Positions 28,851 through 39,482 of a stretch of DNA of 64,000 nt are shown one piece after another (positions within the stretch are counted from its first letter, which is position 1; each line of letters begins with the position of its first letter). This DNA comes from Dehalococcoidia bacterium (lineage in GTDB: Bacteria; Chloroflexota; Dehalococcoidia; Bin125). Below the pieces are notes generated by a model. That model made no database searches, was not told where the DNA came from, and saw only the letters and a program-made list of their open reading frames with translations. Where the stretch lies: NCBI GenBank assembly GCA_963662615.2, contig CAXXSR010000001.1:1792001-1856000 (forward strand). Direction: 5' to 3'. Position numbers and translations under genes: made by a program.

Positions 28851-31232
28851 ATGCCACCTTTCCGCCGGATCCCTCGCATCTTCGCCAAGCGATGGCCGCA
28901 GCTCCCTCGCCGCCCTCGACGGCGGACGCTGGTCCGACGCCTCGCCTGGTCCGCGATCGCCGGCCTGGGAGCGTTGATCGGGACCGTCCTCTTTGCCTTC
29001 TTCGCTCCGCTTGAGCCCCTTGAGGAGCGCGCCTTCGCTCCTGGACCCGTGCTCCTGGACGCCAACGGCGTCGTGATCCAGCGCGACCTCCAAGATGGAC
29101 TGCGCATTCCCGTCGCCCTCGATCAGATCGCGCCGGTGATGATCGAGGCGACCATCGCCGCCGAGGACCAGCGCTTCTGGCAGCACCCCGGCGTCGACCC
29201 GCTCGCCATGGGCCGCGCCGTCTTAAGCCTGCCCAATTCACGCTCCGGCGCTTCCACCATCACCCAGCAGCTCGCACGCAGACTCTACTTGGACGGCGCC
29301 TCGCTGCCCCTGCTGCTGCGGAAGGCGCGCGAGGCCGCCATCGCCTTCCAGCTGGAAGCGCGCTATTCCAAGCCAGACCTCCTCGCGGCCTACCTGAACG
29401 CCATCTACTACGGCCGCGGTGCCTACGGAATTGAGGCGGCGGCCAGAGTCTACTTCGGTGTCAGCGCGCGCAATCTGGACCTGGCCCAAGCGAGCTTCCT
29501 GGCGGGCTTGCCGCAACTGCCCTCGCTCTACGGCGACAGTGAAAACACGAGCCTCGCCTTGTCCCGCCAGCACTACGTCCTCGACCGTCTGCTGGCGACC
29601 GGGCGCATCTCGCTCCCTCAGAACGAAGAGGCGACCGCCATTCCCCTGGACTTCGCCCCCGCCGAGCCCGACCCATTCGGCCAGCACTTCGTCCAGTTCG
29701 TCTACCAGGAACTCGCCGACGTTCGCCCCGACTTGCTCTCCGCGCCTGGCGTCATCATTGAGACAACCCTCCAGGCTCCTCTCCAGCGGGAAGCGGAGCG
29801 CGTCACTCGCCTTCGCCTCGATGAGATTAAGGACAAGAACGCCGGCAACGCTGCCGTCGTCGTCTTGGAGCCGTCCAGCGGCCGCATTCTCACCATGGTG
29901 GGCAGCGGCGACTTCTTCCGCGAGCCCGACGGCCAGATCAACATGGCCTTGCGACCGCGGCAGCCGGGCTCCGCCCTCAAGCCCTTGCTCTACGTGGCGG
30001 CGTTTGAGCGTGGCTACACCGCCGCCACGCCCCTGCTCGACATTCCCACCACCTTTGACACCAGCACCGGCCCCTACGCCCCCTCCAACTACGACCGCAA
30101 GTTCCACGGCCCCGTCCCCTTGCGCACGGCCTTGGCGTCCTCCCTCAACGTCCCCGCCGTCCGCACTCTCGACGACATTGGCATCGACGCGTTCCTCAAC
30201 GTCGCGCATCGCGCCAGCCTCAACACCCTCCGCTCGACGGAAGCGTACGGACTTGCGCTCACGCTGGGCGTCGGCGAGGTCCGGCTGCTTGACCTCACCG
30301 CTGCCTACGGCGCTATCGGCAACGGGGGCCGGCTCGTCGTCCCCCACGCCATTGAACGCATTCGCGACAGACACGGAAATGTCATCTACGAGGTCGGCCC
30401 CACCAGTCCCACGCAGGTGATCAGCCCGCAGCACGCGTTCCTCATCACGGACATCCTCCGCGACCCCGACGCGCGCGTCCTCGGCTTTGGGCGTCAGTCC
30501 CCGCTGGAGACGTCGGTCGGGGCCGCCGTCAAGACCGGGACCAGCGACGCCGCCCGCGACAACTGGACCGTGGGCTTCACTCCGGATCGCGTCGTTGGCG
30601 TCTGGGTCGGCAACGCCGACGGCGCCCCCACCCACGGCCTCTCCGGCTCCCAGGGCGCCGCGCCCCTCTGGAGGGACGTCCTCAGCGCCGCGATTGCGGA
30701 TCTACCGGATCGCACGTTCCCCCCTCCGCAGGGTGTCGTCCAAGCGACCGTCTGCGCCCCCACGGGCCTCCTCCCCGGCCCCAACTGCACCAGCCCGGTC
30801 CAGGAGTGGTTCATTGCCGGCACCGTCCCCATCGACGTCGAGAGCTACTACGTCGGCGACCCCCAGCGCGGCGTCGCCATCAACCCGCCACTGGAGGCGC
30901 GGGCCTGGAGCATTGAGGCCGGGCTCGCCGTCGCCGCAACGGACCCCACCTCCGCGCAGCCGCGGGTGCATATCGTCCACCCGGCATCGGGCAGCGTTCT
31001 CTTTCTGGCCCCGGAGCTCGCCCAGCAGGAAGCGCTTCTGCGCGCCTCGGTTCCCGCCGGCACTCAAACGGTGGAGTTCCGCGTCGACGGGGCGTTGGTC
31101 GGCTCCGCCGCCGGAGATGACGCGGCGAGCATCTGGCCCCTGGAGGTAGGGACCCACACCCTGGAAGTCACCGCCGTCCTCGCCGACGGCACCACGGCCA
31201 TTGGTCGTTCGCACTACGAAGTGAGGGAATGA
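28851..31232 (+). CDS. pbpC: penicillin-binding protein 1C (transglycosylase + transpeptidase + C-terminal domain)
   Basis: Transglycosylase motifs AEDQRFWQHPGVD, GASTITQQL, RKARE; transpeptidase motifs PGSALKP (SxxK), SLN, KTGTS; adjacent to an A2M gene. Confidence 0.9.
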   Translation: MPPFRRIPRIFAKRWPQLPRRPRRRTLVRRLAWSAIAGLGALIGTVLFAFFAPLEPLEERAFAPGPVLLDANGVVIQRDLQDGLRIPVALDQIAPVMIEATIAAEDQRFWQHPGVDPLAMGRAVLSLPNSRSGASTITQQLARRLYLDGASLPLLLRKAREAAIAFQLEARYSKPDLLAAYLNAIYYGRGAYGIEAAARVYFGVSARNLDLAQASFLAGLPQLPSLYGDSENTSLALSRQHYVLDRLLATGRISLPQNEEATAIPLDFAPAEPDPFGQHFVQFVYQELADVRPDLLSAPGVIIETTLQAPLQREAERVTRLRLDEIKDKNAGNAAVVVLEPSSGRILTMVGSGDFFREPDGQINMALRPRQPGSALKPLLYVAAFERGYTAATPLLDIPTTFDTSTGPYAPSNYDRKFHGPVPLRTALASSLNVPAVRTLDDIGIDAFLNVAHRASLNTLRSTEAYGLALTLGVGEVRLLDLTAAYGAIGNGGRLVVPHAIERIRDRHGNVIYEVGPTSPTQVISPQHAFLITDILRDPDARVLGFGRQSPLETSVGAAVKTGTSDAARDNWTVGFTPDRVVGVWVGNADGAPTHGLSGSQGAAPLWRDVLSAAIADLPDRTFPPPQGVVQATVCAPTGLLPGPNCTSPVQEWFIAGTVPIDVESYYVGDPQRGVAINPPLEARAWSIEAGLAVAATDPTSAQPRVHIVHPASGSVLFLAPELAQQEALLRASVPAGTQTVEFRVDGALVGSAAGDDAASIWPLEVGTHTLEVTAVLADGTTAIGRSHYEVRE

Positions 31233-33088
31233 TGCTGCCCACCATCCGTCGCTATCTGCGAACCCGCATGCTCAAGCGCTGGGCATCGCGCCTGCGCAGT
31301 TCGCCACGGGGGCTGCCCTGTTCGCTACCACCCTCGGGGGCGCTGTCTCGACGCATTGCCACGCGCCCACGCGTATCGCTTCGCCTCCCCGCCACGGTCC
31401 GCACGCACCCAAGAATCTGGTCCACAGTGGCCGTCCTGGCGCTGATCGGCGCCTCGGTCGGGGGCTGGTTCGCCGCCAGCGGCGACGGCGAACCGCCCCT
31501 TGGCCTTGACACGGCAGTCTTGGAGGCGGAGGACACCGGCGACGAGCGGGAACGCGGCGAGCGCGACCGCGACGACGTTCGCGACCGAGCCCCTGATCAA
31601 GCACGCGGTCGGGCCCGCGATCAGGCGGCGCCGCCGTTCGTGACCCCCGATATCGAAGTGGCGCCCGCCGGCGCCGAGGTCGCGCGGCTGAGCCCCATCA
31701 CCATCACCTTCAAGGAGCCGCCGCCGCAGCGCGATGCAAGCAAGCTCTTCACCGTCGAACCGCCGCTGGAGGGATCGTTCGCCTGGCTCACGGACCGACA
31801 AGCGCTGCTCCAACCGATCTTCCCCGGTCTCACTCGCGGCCTGCGATACGTCGTGCGGGTGCCGGCGGCGGCGAGCGGCCTCGACCGCGACGTCGAGCAT
31901 GCCTTCACGGTGGAAGGACGCCTGATCGTCCAGACCGTCATCCCCGCCGACGGTGACGTCAACGTTCCCGCCGAGACGCAGATCCTGGTCCAGTTCAGCC
32001 GCTCCGTCGCGCCCCTGGCGTTCCTGAGCGCACGCGGCGACGACCCCGTGATCGAGTTCGAGCCCCCCTTGCCCGGCCGAGGCGAGTGGCTCAATACGTC
32101 GCTCTATCGCTTTCTCCCCGATGCAGTCGAGCCGAGCACCACCTATACGGCTCGGATCCGGCGCGGTCTCAGCTCGGCGGCGGACGGCGTGTTGGAGGAA
32201 GATTTCGTCTGGACCTTCTCCACCAATCAGCCCGCGGTCATCGCCTCGGATCCCGCCCACAACACGATCTTCGTCCCTCCCGACCAAGCGATCGTGGTCA
32301 CCTTCGATCAGCCCATGGTCCGCGCCTCCACGCAGGCGGGCGTCCTCCTCCGCAACCTGACGTCCGGAGGGCCGCCCCTCCAGGTCGCCGCGTCATGGAA
32401 TGACGCCTCAACGGAACTCACATTAGCGCCGGTCGCCTTACTCGATCTGAGCCGGCGCTACGAAGTCCTCGTACCCGCGGGGCTGCCCGGCGCGCTCGGC
32501 GGCGAGACGCAGTTGGACCGCGTGATCCAGTTCAGCACGATCGATCTGCCCAGAATCGTCAGCACCACGCCCGCCGACGGCGAGACAAATGCGGGGCGCT
32601 TCGCCATCTCCATTCAATACAACAACCCAATGAATGAAGCCTCCTTTGACGGCCGCATCGAGATAGTCACGGTCACCGCTGACGGCGCCGAGACCGCCGT
32701 CCCCTTCGACGACGAACGACAACGGTTCATCTACGGGGACAGCCGCATTGTCCAGGTATCCATCTCGGTGGAGCCGTCCACTCGTCACGTAGTGCGTATC
32801 GCGAGCGGGGTCACTGACCGAATCGGGCAGCGGCTGGGCGCGCACGCATTCTCGTTTACCACAGGCGCCATTGAACCGTCCGTCAATTTCGTGACTCCGT
32901 CACGGATCTCCACATATTCGGCCTCCACGGAGCCGATCCTCTTCTTCGAGACGATCAATCACGATGCGGTGAACTTCAGCCTGTATCAAATCAGTGACCA
33001 GGAGGCCGAGAGCATCATCCAGGGCGGCAAAATTCCGTTCGTCCGCAACCGCGTCTGGCGCCCTTCACAGGCGCCCGTCCGGACCTAG
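31229..33088 (+). CDS. bacterial alpha-2-macroglobulin, N-terminal part (membrane anchor + several Ig-like/Big_5 domains), ended by an in-frame TAG
   Basis: Hydrophobic segment IWSTVAVLALIGASVGGWFA and repeated Ig-like units (PADG...I.V.F..PM...F.F.T). Same frame as 33089..37393. Confidence 0.85.
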   Translation: MMLPTIRRYLRTRMLKRWASRLRSSPRGLPCSLPPSGALSRRIATRPRVSLRLPATVRTHPRIWSTVAVLALIGASVGGWFAASGDGEPPLGLDTAVLEAEDTGDERERGERDRDDVRDRAPDQARGRARDQAAPPFVTPDIEVAPAGAEVARLSPITITFKEPPPQRDASKLFTVEPPLEGSFAWLTDRQALLQPIFPGLTRGLRYVVRVPAAASGLDRDVEHAFTVEGRLIVQTVIPADGDVNVPAETQILVQFSRSVAPLAFLSARGDDPVIEFEPPLPGRGEWLNTSLYRFLPDAVEPSTTYTARIRRGLSSAADGVLEEDFVWTFSTNQPAVIASDPAHNTIFVPPDQAIVVTFDQPMVRASTQAGVLLRNLTSGGPPLQVAASWNDASTELTLAPVALLDLSRRYEVLVPAGLPGALGGETQLDRVIQFSTIDLPRIVSTTPADGETNAGRFAISIQYNNPMNEASFDGRIEIVTVTADGAETAVPFDDERQRFIYGDSRIVQVSISVEPSTRHVVRIASGVTDRIGQRLGAHAFSFTTGAIEPSVNFVTPSRISTYSASTEPILFFETINHDAVNFSLYQISDQEAESIIQGGKIPFVRNRVWRPSQAPVRT

Positions 33089-36000
33089 GTGCAGGCGGTG
33101 GATGGGCGGGCGAACGCGCTCACCCTTACGGCAACCTCGCTCAGCGGCGACGGGCCGCTCCCGAAGGGCCACTACTACCTGATCACCGACAGCCGCTTTA
33201 CGCCGAATCTGCTCTTCAGCGTGGTCGACACCACGCTCATCACCAAGCTGTCCGTCGACGAGTTTCTTGTCTGGGCTCTCGACTACGACACCGGCGCGCC
33301 GCTGTCAGGCGTCCCCGTGCAACTCGATCCTGCCCGCAACGGGATCGTCGCGCGGACGGGCCCGGACGGTCTGGCGAGTTTCGCCGTCCCTCCCCCCAAC
33401 CGCTTTTCCGACCAAGAACGCGCGCACACCGCCAAGGTCGATGCGAACGGCCGGCTGGGCATCGTTTCCTCGCGATGGTCGCGAGGGACGGAACCCTATC
33501 AGCTCGGCCTGCCGATCGATTTCTATCCGCGCGACTTCGTCGGGCACCTCTTCACCGACCGCCCCATCTATCGGCCCGGCGAAACCGTCTTCTACAAAGG
33601 AACGCTCCGGCTCGACGACGATGCGCGCTACAGCGTCCCCCAGGACACCAGCGTCCTCCACTTCATCATTCGCGACCCCCACTTCAACGAACTGACGCGG
33701 CTCGACGTGACGGTCAACGAATTCGGCACATTTGCCGGCGAGTTCATCCTTCCGCCCGGCGCGGACACCGGGCGCTACTCCCTCTCCCTCGAGCGACGGG
33801 ATCGGTTCACCGTCACGTCAGCGCAGTTTCGCATCGCCGAATTCCGCACGCCGGAGTTCGAAGTCACGGTCACCCCGGCGACGGAGACCGTCGTCGACGG
33901 GGATCAGATCGTCGCGGACGCAGAGGCGATATTCTTCTTCGGCGGGCCGCTGGCGGACGCCGCCGTCACCTGGGCCATGTTCGGATCCCCCACGGCAATC
34001 CGTGTCGAAGGATTCGAGAGCTACTCCTTCCGCGATTTCGACTTCTTCCGTCGCAGCGAACTCCAACAACCCCTGCGCGCTGAGGGCGAGACCGTGACCA
34101 ACGCGGCGGGCGTAGCGCGCATCTCAGCCCGCGCGGCGCTTGCAGCCCTGGAAGGGACGCAGCACGTCACCATTAGCGTGACCGTCTCGGATCAGAACGA
34201 CCAGGTGGTGGCAAGTACGGGAAGCGTCACCGTGCATCCGGCCGACTACTACGCCGGCATTCGTGCTACGACCTACATCGCCCGCGTCGATGAAACAGCC
34301 ACGATCGATCTCGTCACGGTCAATACCGAAGGGCAGCCGTTGGCGCAGCGGGCGGTCACCGTTGAGATCTTCGAGCGCCAATGGGTCACAACGAAGGAAC
34401 TTGGCCCGCAGGGCCGCTTCTACCACAGCGAGCCCGTCGACACGCTCATTAACACGATTCAGGTCACTACGGACGCCAATGCCGTGGCCCGGGTCGCCTT
34501 CCTGCCCGCGAAGCCCGGCCAACTGCGACTCGTCGCCACCGTCGTCGACGGCCGCGGTCGCGTCGCCCGCTCCTCGGCCTTTCTCTGGGTCAGCGGCTCA
34601 GGTCGCGCCAGTTGGCGCATCCGCAACGACGACGTGATCGAGCTGGTGGCGGACAAGGATCTCTATGACGTCGGCGACATCGCCGAGATCTTGGTTCCCT
34701 CGCCCTTCGAAGGCGCCATCGGACTCGTCACCGTCGAGCGGGGGAAGATCATCTCGCGATCGGTGGAGCAGTTCGAGACCACGAGCGAGACGCTTCGCAT
34801 CCGCATCACCGACGGACACGTCCCCAACATCTTTGTGAGCGTGGTGCTCTACCGGCCACCCACCGCGGTGGACCCGATTCCGCGCTATCACGTCGGCTAT
34901 GTTGAGCTGCCGATCTCCACGGCGTCCCGTTTGCTCACCGTCACCATCAAGCCGGACCGTGAACAGACCAGGCCCGGCGAAACGGTCCGCTACGACATCC
35001 ACGTCCAGGATCGCAACGGAGTGGGGCGCAGCGCGGAAGTGTCGGTCGCCATTGTGGACAAGGCCGTCCTCTCGCTCGCGGCCGAGGTCGGTCCCAACGG
35101 CTTGCGAGCGTTCTGGTTCCAGCGCGGGCTCGGCGTCCGCACGGCGGCATCGGTCGGCGTGTCGGTTGACCGAATCAATGACGCCGTCATTCAGGCGATC
35201 CAGGACGGCACCAAGGGCGGCGGAGGCGACGACCCCGACATTCGCGGCGATTTCCGCAACACCGCCTACTGGGCCGCGCAGGTCGTGACGGACGACAACG
35301 GCAACGCCAGCGTTAACGTCCCCATGCCCGACAACCTCACGACCTGGCGCGCCCAAGCGCGGGCCGTGAGCGGCGACACCCTCGTGGGCGAGGGCGTCAG
35401 CGAGCTGCTGTCCACCCAACCCCTCCTGATTCGATCGGCGCTTCCGCGCTTCTTCCGCGTTGGCGACTCGGCAACGCTGCGGATGCTCGTCCGCAACGCC
35501 ACCGACACGGCCCGCGAGGTTGCTGTCTCGCTTGAGGCGACGGGCATCACGATTACGGGCCCGCTCACGCAAACCAAGACCGTCCCGGCCGGCGATTCGG
35601 TGACGTATGCCTGGCCCGCCCTCCTCTCGCAGGCGGGGACGGCGGTGCTCACCTTCACGGCGCGCGGCGGCAATGGACTCGCCGACGCCATCCGTCTTGA
35701 ACGGCCCGTGTACTTGGATGTGACGCCGGAAACCACCGCCACTGGCGGCGTCGTCACCACGACCAGCGCGCTGGAAGCGGTCTATCTCCCCCCCTACGCC
35801 ATCCTTGACCAGGGCTCGTTGCAGGTCAGTGTGCAGGCTTCGCTAGTGGGGGCGTTGGACGCCGACCTCAGCGCCTTCCGTCCCCTGCCCTTTGAGAGTG
35901 TGGTGCGGGTGGCGAATCGCGTCATCGCCACGCTGGGCGCGCGGCGCGCCGACGGCGACGCCTCAAGCGCCGTGCGCAGTTCGCAGATCGCCGCGGACGT

Positions 36001-37393
36001 GACGCGCCTCATCGACGAACAGCGCCTCGACGGTGGCTGGAGCTGGTGCGGCACCTGCCGCACGAATCTGATCGTCACGGCCTGGGTCCTGCTCGCGCTG
36101 GGCGACGCACGCGATGCCGGCCGCCACATCGATGCCTCGGTGATCGGGCGGGCCACGGAGCTGGTCCGGGCGGAAATCAACCGTGCCACGGACGTCGCCA
36201 ACCCGGCGGACCCCAACCGGCAGGCCTTCCTCTTGTACGCGGCCGCATCCGCCGGCGGCGCCCCGCTCCACGGCGCCATGCGGGCAATCGTGCAGCAGAA
36301 TCGCAATCAGCTGGCCAACTGGGGCCGCAGCTACCTCATCCTCGGCTTGCAGGAAGGCCGCGGCGACGCGCCCAGCGGCGAGGTCCGAACGCTCATCAAC
36401 GACCTCACCGCCGCCGTCATCCCCAGCGCCAACGGCAATCATTGGGAGGATCTATTCCTGCGCGGATCGATGCACAACGGCAGCACCCGCGTGACCGCGC
36501 TGGCCCTGCGCGCCCTCACCACGGCCGATCCCGATCACCCCTTGATCGAAGAGACGGCGCGCTGGCTGGTGACGGCCCGCGACGCGCAGCGCTACGCGAC
36601 CTTGGTGGAGCGCGCGCAGGCCATCGCCTCGCTGGGCGATTTCGCCAACCGCACGGGTGAGCGTCGCGGCGACTACGACTACGCGGTCACGCTGGATGGC
36701 GCGTCGCTGCTGACGGGGCACTTCCAACCCAGCCGCGGCGCCAACGTCGCCGCCGAGTTCGTGCCCCTCGGCGACTTGCGGCCCGGCGACGTCAGTCTCA
36801 TCTCATTCGAGCGGGAGGCGTCCGCGCCGGGACGGCTCTACTACGGCTTGAATCTGCGCTACGTCACGCCCGCCCGTGAAGTCGAAGCGCTCAACCGCGG
36901 CTTCGCCGTGTCCCACGAATACACGCTGCTTGACGACCCCGATCGCCGGATCAACAGCGCCACACTCGGCGACGTCGTCCGCGTCCGCGTCACGATCATG
37001 GCCGACGCCGATCGAAAATGCGTCACCGTCGACGACTTCCTCCCGGCGGGGCTGGAACCGATCGATCCGCAACTCGACATCGTTCCTATTGAACTCCGCC
37101 AACAGCTGCAACAGGAGCGGCAAGCAGCGGTCGCGGCCAACGCGCCGGAGTACGTCGCACCCTGGTATCGCTACTACTTCAACCCCTGGGACCAGGTCAA
37201 CGTGCGCGATGATCGCGTAACGCTGCGAGCGGAGAATCTGCCCAGGGGCGTGTACGTGTACGTCTACTTCGCCCGCGCCACTAGTCCCGGCGACTATTTT
37301 GTTGCGCCGGCGCACGCGGAAGAGACGTTCTTCCCTGAACTCTTCGGTCGCAGCGACAGCGGGCGCTTCGCGGTTCTCGAGCCTGGTGAATAG
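33089..37393 (+). CDS. bacterial alpha-2-macroglobulin, C-terminal part (MG2, A2M, MG10 domains)
   Basis: FTDRPIYRPGETV, AEFRTPEFEV, KGGGG...RGDFRNTAYW, MPDNLTTWR, QRLDGGWSW, DDFLPAGLEP, YFARATSPGDYFVAPAHAEETFFPELFGRS. Confidence 0.9.
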   Translation: MQAVDGRANALTLTATSLSGDGPLPKGHYYLITDSRFTPNLLFSVVDTTLITKLSVDEFLVWALDYDTGAPLSGVPVQLDPARNGIVARTGPDGLASFAVPPPNRFSDQERAHTAKVDANGRLGIVSSRWSRGTEPYQLGLPIDFYPRDFVGHLFTDRPIYRPGETVFYKGTLRLDDDARYSVPQDTSVLHFIIRDPHFNELTRLDVTVNEFGTFAGEFILPPGADTGRYSLSLERRDRFTVTSAQFRIAEFRTPEFEVTVTPATETVVDGDQIVADAEAIFFFGGPLADAAVTWAMFGSPTAIRVEGFESYSFRDFDFFRRSELQQPLRAEGETVTNAAGVARISARAALAALEGTQHVTISVTVSDQNDQVVASTGSVTVHPADYYAGIRATTYIARVDETATIDLVTVNTEGQPLAQRAVTVEIFERQWVTTKELGPQGRFYHSEPVDTLINTIQVTTDANAVARVAFLPAKPGQLRLVATVVDGRGRVARSSAFLWVSGSGRASWRIRNDDVIELVADKDLYDVGDIAEILVPSPFEGAIGLVTVERGKIISRSVEQFETTSETLRIRITDGHVPNIFVSVVLYRPPTAVDPIPRYHVGYVELPISTASRLLTVTIKPDREQTRPGETVRYDIHVQDRNGVGRSAEVSVAIVDKAVLSLAAEVGPNGLRAFWFQRGLGVRTAASVGVSVDRINDAVIQAIQDGTKGGGGDDPDIRGDFRNTAYWAAQVVTDDNGNASVNVPMPDNLTTWRAQARAVSGDTLVGEGVSELLSTQPLLIRSALPRFFRVGDSATLRMLVRNATDTAREVAVSLEATGITITGPLTQTKTVPAGDSVTYAWPALLSQAGTAVLTFTARGGNGLADAIRLERPVYLDVTPETTATGGVVTTTSALEAVYLPPYAILDQGSLQVSVQASLVGALDADLSAFRPLPFESVVRVANRVIATLGARRADGDASSAVRSSQIAADVTRLIDEQRLDGGWSWCGTCRTNLIVTAWVLLALGDARDAGRHIDASVIGRATELVRAEINRATDVANPADPNRQAFLLYAAASAGGAPLHGAMRAIVQQNRNQLANWGRSYLILGLQEGRGDAPSGEVRTLINDLTAAVIPSANGNHWEDLFLRGSMHNGSTRVTALALRALTTADPDHPLIEETARWLVTARDAQRYATLVERAQAIASLGDFANRTGERRGDYDYAVTLDGASLLTGHFQPSRGANVAAEFVPLGDLRPGDVSLISFEREASAPGRLYYGLNLRYVTPAREVEALNRGFAVSHEYTLLDDPDRRINSATLGDVVRVRVTIMADADRKCVTVDDFLPAGLEPIDPQLDIVPIELRQQLQQERQAAVAANAPEYVAPWYRYYFNPWDQVNVRDDRVTLRAENLPRGVYVYVYFARATSPGDYFVAPAHAEETFFPELFGRSDSGRFAVLEPGE

Positions 37394-37417
37394 GACCTGC
37401 GGGGAAGCCGGCGCCGA

Positions 37418-38341
37418 CTAGCGTTCGCTCCCCACGCCCGCCTCCGCCGCAGCCTCCTGCTCCTCGTACGTATCAAAGAAGCGGCTGCCGGAGCGCGCCT
37501 GAAGCTCGTAGATCGACCCCGGCTTGGGCGCCGGAGGAAGCGGCAGGCGCACCGGCACCGCTTCCAGCCGCGGCTCCAGAGATGGCTCGCCGGCCACCAT
37601 GTGGTCGTCGTACTTCTCCGGTTGGACTCCAGAAACCGCCAGCAACGGCCAGGCGTCGGCGGCGGCGTACTGGTAGAGCAGCAGGCGCCGCTGCCGCGCC
37701 GAGCGGTTCAGCGCCGATCCGTGGAGCATCCGCACGTGATGGAACGTCACCGTCCCCGCCGGGCCGATGAGCGCCACCGCCTTCGCCGGGTCGATCCCGC
37801 TGGCCGCGAAATCCATGGCGCCGCAGAAGTGTCCGTCGCTGAGGTGGTCGTAGATCGGACCACGGTGACTGCCGGGGATGACCAGCAGCGGCCCGTTCTC
37901 CTCATCGCAGTCGTCCAAGAGGATGCCCGCGGCCAGAAGATCGTCGTTGGTGTGCGGATAGAACGCCCAGTCCTGATGCCACTCCACCGGCGCGCCGTGC
38001 TCCGCCGACTTCAGATTCAGCTTGTCGCCCTGATAGCGCAGGTTTGGCCCGATTAGCTGCCTCAGCACCTCCACCATCGGCGGGTACGCCGACAGCTCCT
38101 TGAAGAAGGCGAAGTGCAGCCGCGGATACTTGATCCTCCGGACGCGCGGTGCTTCCGGGGTGTGGCTGTCTTCCAGGTCCAGGACCTCATTGCTCTCGGA
38201 GAGCCCGGCCGCCTTCGCAACGATCGCGTCCGTCTCCCGCCGCAGCGCCGCCAGCGTCTCGGCGTCAAGAAGTTCCGCAACCACCACGTAGCCGTGCTCG
38301 CGGTAAAAGGCAACCTGCGCTTCACTGAGACGTCCGGACAC
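37418..38341 (-). CDS. phytanoyl-CoA dioxygenase family (Fe/2-oxoglutarate) protein
   Basis: FYREHGY, WHQD, ENGPLLVIPGSH, LHGSALNRS. Confidence 0.92.
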   Translation of the reverse strand: MSGRLSEAQVAFYREHGYVVVAELLDAETLAALRRETDAIVAKAAGLSESNEVLDLEDSHTPEAPRVRRIKYPRLHFAFFKELSAYPPMVEVLRQLIGPNLRYQGDKLNLKSAEHGAPVEWHQDWAFYPHTNDDLLAAGILLDDCDEENGPLLVIPGSHRGPIYDHLSDGHFCGAMDFAASGIDPAKAVALIGPAGTVTFHHVRMLHGSALNRSARQRRLLLYQYAAADAWPLLAVSGVQPEKYDDHMVAGEPSLEPRLEAVPVRLPLPPAPKPGSIYELQARSGSRFFDTYEEQEAAAEAGVGSER

Positions 38342-38564
38342 TCGTGTTCCCCTCGCCGCTCGCGGTCCGAGTGCGCGAACCTTATCACAGGCGGGCCTCG
38401 ACCCCGGCCACGGTGGACCGCCGGCGCGAAGTCGGGGCGCGTCGATTGCATGGTCCCCCCGCGCTCCTCGGCAAGCCTAGAATCACGACGCCGGCCTAGC
38501 GCGGAGAGGACGTCCTCGGCGAGCACCGGCGCAACATGCAGCCCGCGCAGGGAGGGAGACCACC

Positions 38565-39359
38565 GTGCGGCTCAACACCGACAGGATGATCGCCAGGAAA
38601 GAGGGCGCCATCGCCTGGATGATCTTCAACAATCCTCGCCGACGCAACGCCCTCTCCGTTGAGATGCTGGAAGCGATCCCGCGGATCCTCGCCGACTTCG
38701 CCGAGGACGACGCCGTACGCGTCGTCGTCATGGCGGGCGCGGGCGAGAGGGCGTTCGTCTCCGGCGCGGATATCTCCGAGTTTGAAGAGCGTCGCTCATC
38801 GCCGCAGGCGATCGAGAAATACGACCACATCACGGCCCAAGTCGCCGCCGCTTATGCGGCCCTGGGCAAGCCCCTGATCGCAATGATTCGGGGCGCCTGC
38901 ATTGGTGGCGGGCTGCTCACCGCGATGCGGGCCGACCTCCGCGTCGCCTCCGACGATGCCCAGTTTGGCGTCCCCGCGGCGCGACTCGGCCTCGGCTACG
39001 GCTTCGCCAGCGTCAAGGCGCTCGTGGACCTGGTTGGGCCGGCCCACACCCGCGAGATCCTCCTCACCGGAGAGCGATTCAGTGCGGCCCATGCCTTGCG
39101 GATTGGGCTGATCAACCGCGTCGTTCCCGCCGCCGACCTGGAGGGCGCCGTCCGCGACCTCGCCTCAGCGATCGCCGACAACGCCCCGCTTACGATCAAA
39201 CTCATCCGCGTCGCGGTGGACGAAGCGCTCAAAGAGAGCGGCGAACGTGATTACGCGGTGATTGATCGCCTGGTCGCCGACTGCTTCGCGAGCGACGATT
39301 ACAGCGAAGGACGGCGGGCATTCCTTGAGAAGCGCACGCCGGTTTTTCGGGGACGCTAG
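38565..39359 (+). CDS. enoyl-CoA hydratase/isomerase family protein
   Basis: NNPRRRNAL, AFVSGADISEF, KPLIAMIRGACIGGG, EGRRAFLEKRTPVF. Confidence 0.93.
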   Translation: MRLNTDRMIARKEGAIAWMIFNNPRRRNALSVEMLEAIPRILADFAEDDAVRVVVMAGAGERAFVSGADISEFEERRSSPQAIEKYDHITAQVAAAYAALGKPLIAMIRGACIGGGLLTAMRADLRVASDDAQFGVPAARLGLGYGFASVKALVDLVGPAHTREILLTGERFSAAHALRIGLINRVVPAADLEGAVRDLASAIADNAPLTIKLIRVAVDEALKESGERDYAVIDRLVADCFASDDYSEGRRAFLEKRTPVFRGR

Positions 39360-39414
39360 CATCCGTCCCCTCGCCGCCGAACTCCACTGCCGCTGCGTCA
39401 ATATCGGCCACCGG

Positions 39415-39460
39415 TCTCCGGAAACGCGAGTCTCCGGAAACGCGAATCTCCGCAAGCGCT
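39415..39460. repeat. tandem 16-bp repeat TCTCCGGAAACGCGAR, about 3 copies
   Basis: Two near-identical copies plus a degenerate third, between convergent genes. Confidence 0.75.
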
Positions 39461-39482
39461 TGTTCTCTGCGAGCGACACGAC

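Noticed and set aside
33086-33088. Pyrrolysine or genetic-code reassignment of TAG
   Set aside because: TAG ends many clearly complete genes in this window and no pyl genes are seen; a TGG-to-TAG change is simpler.
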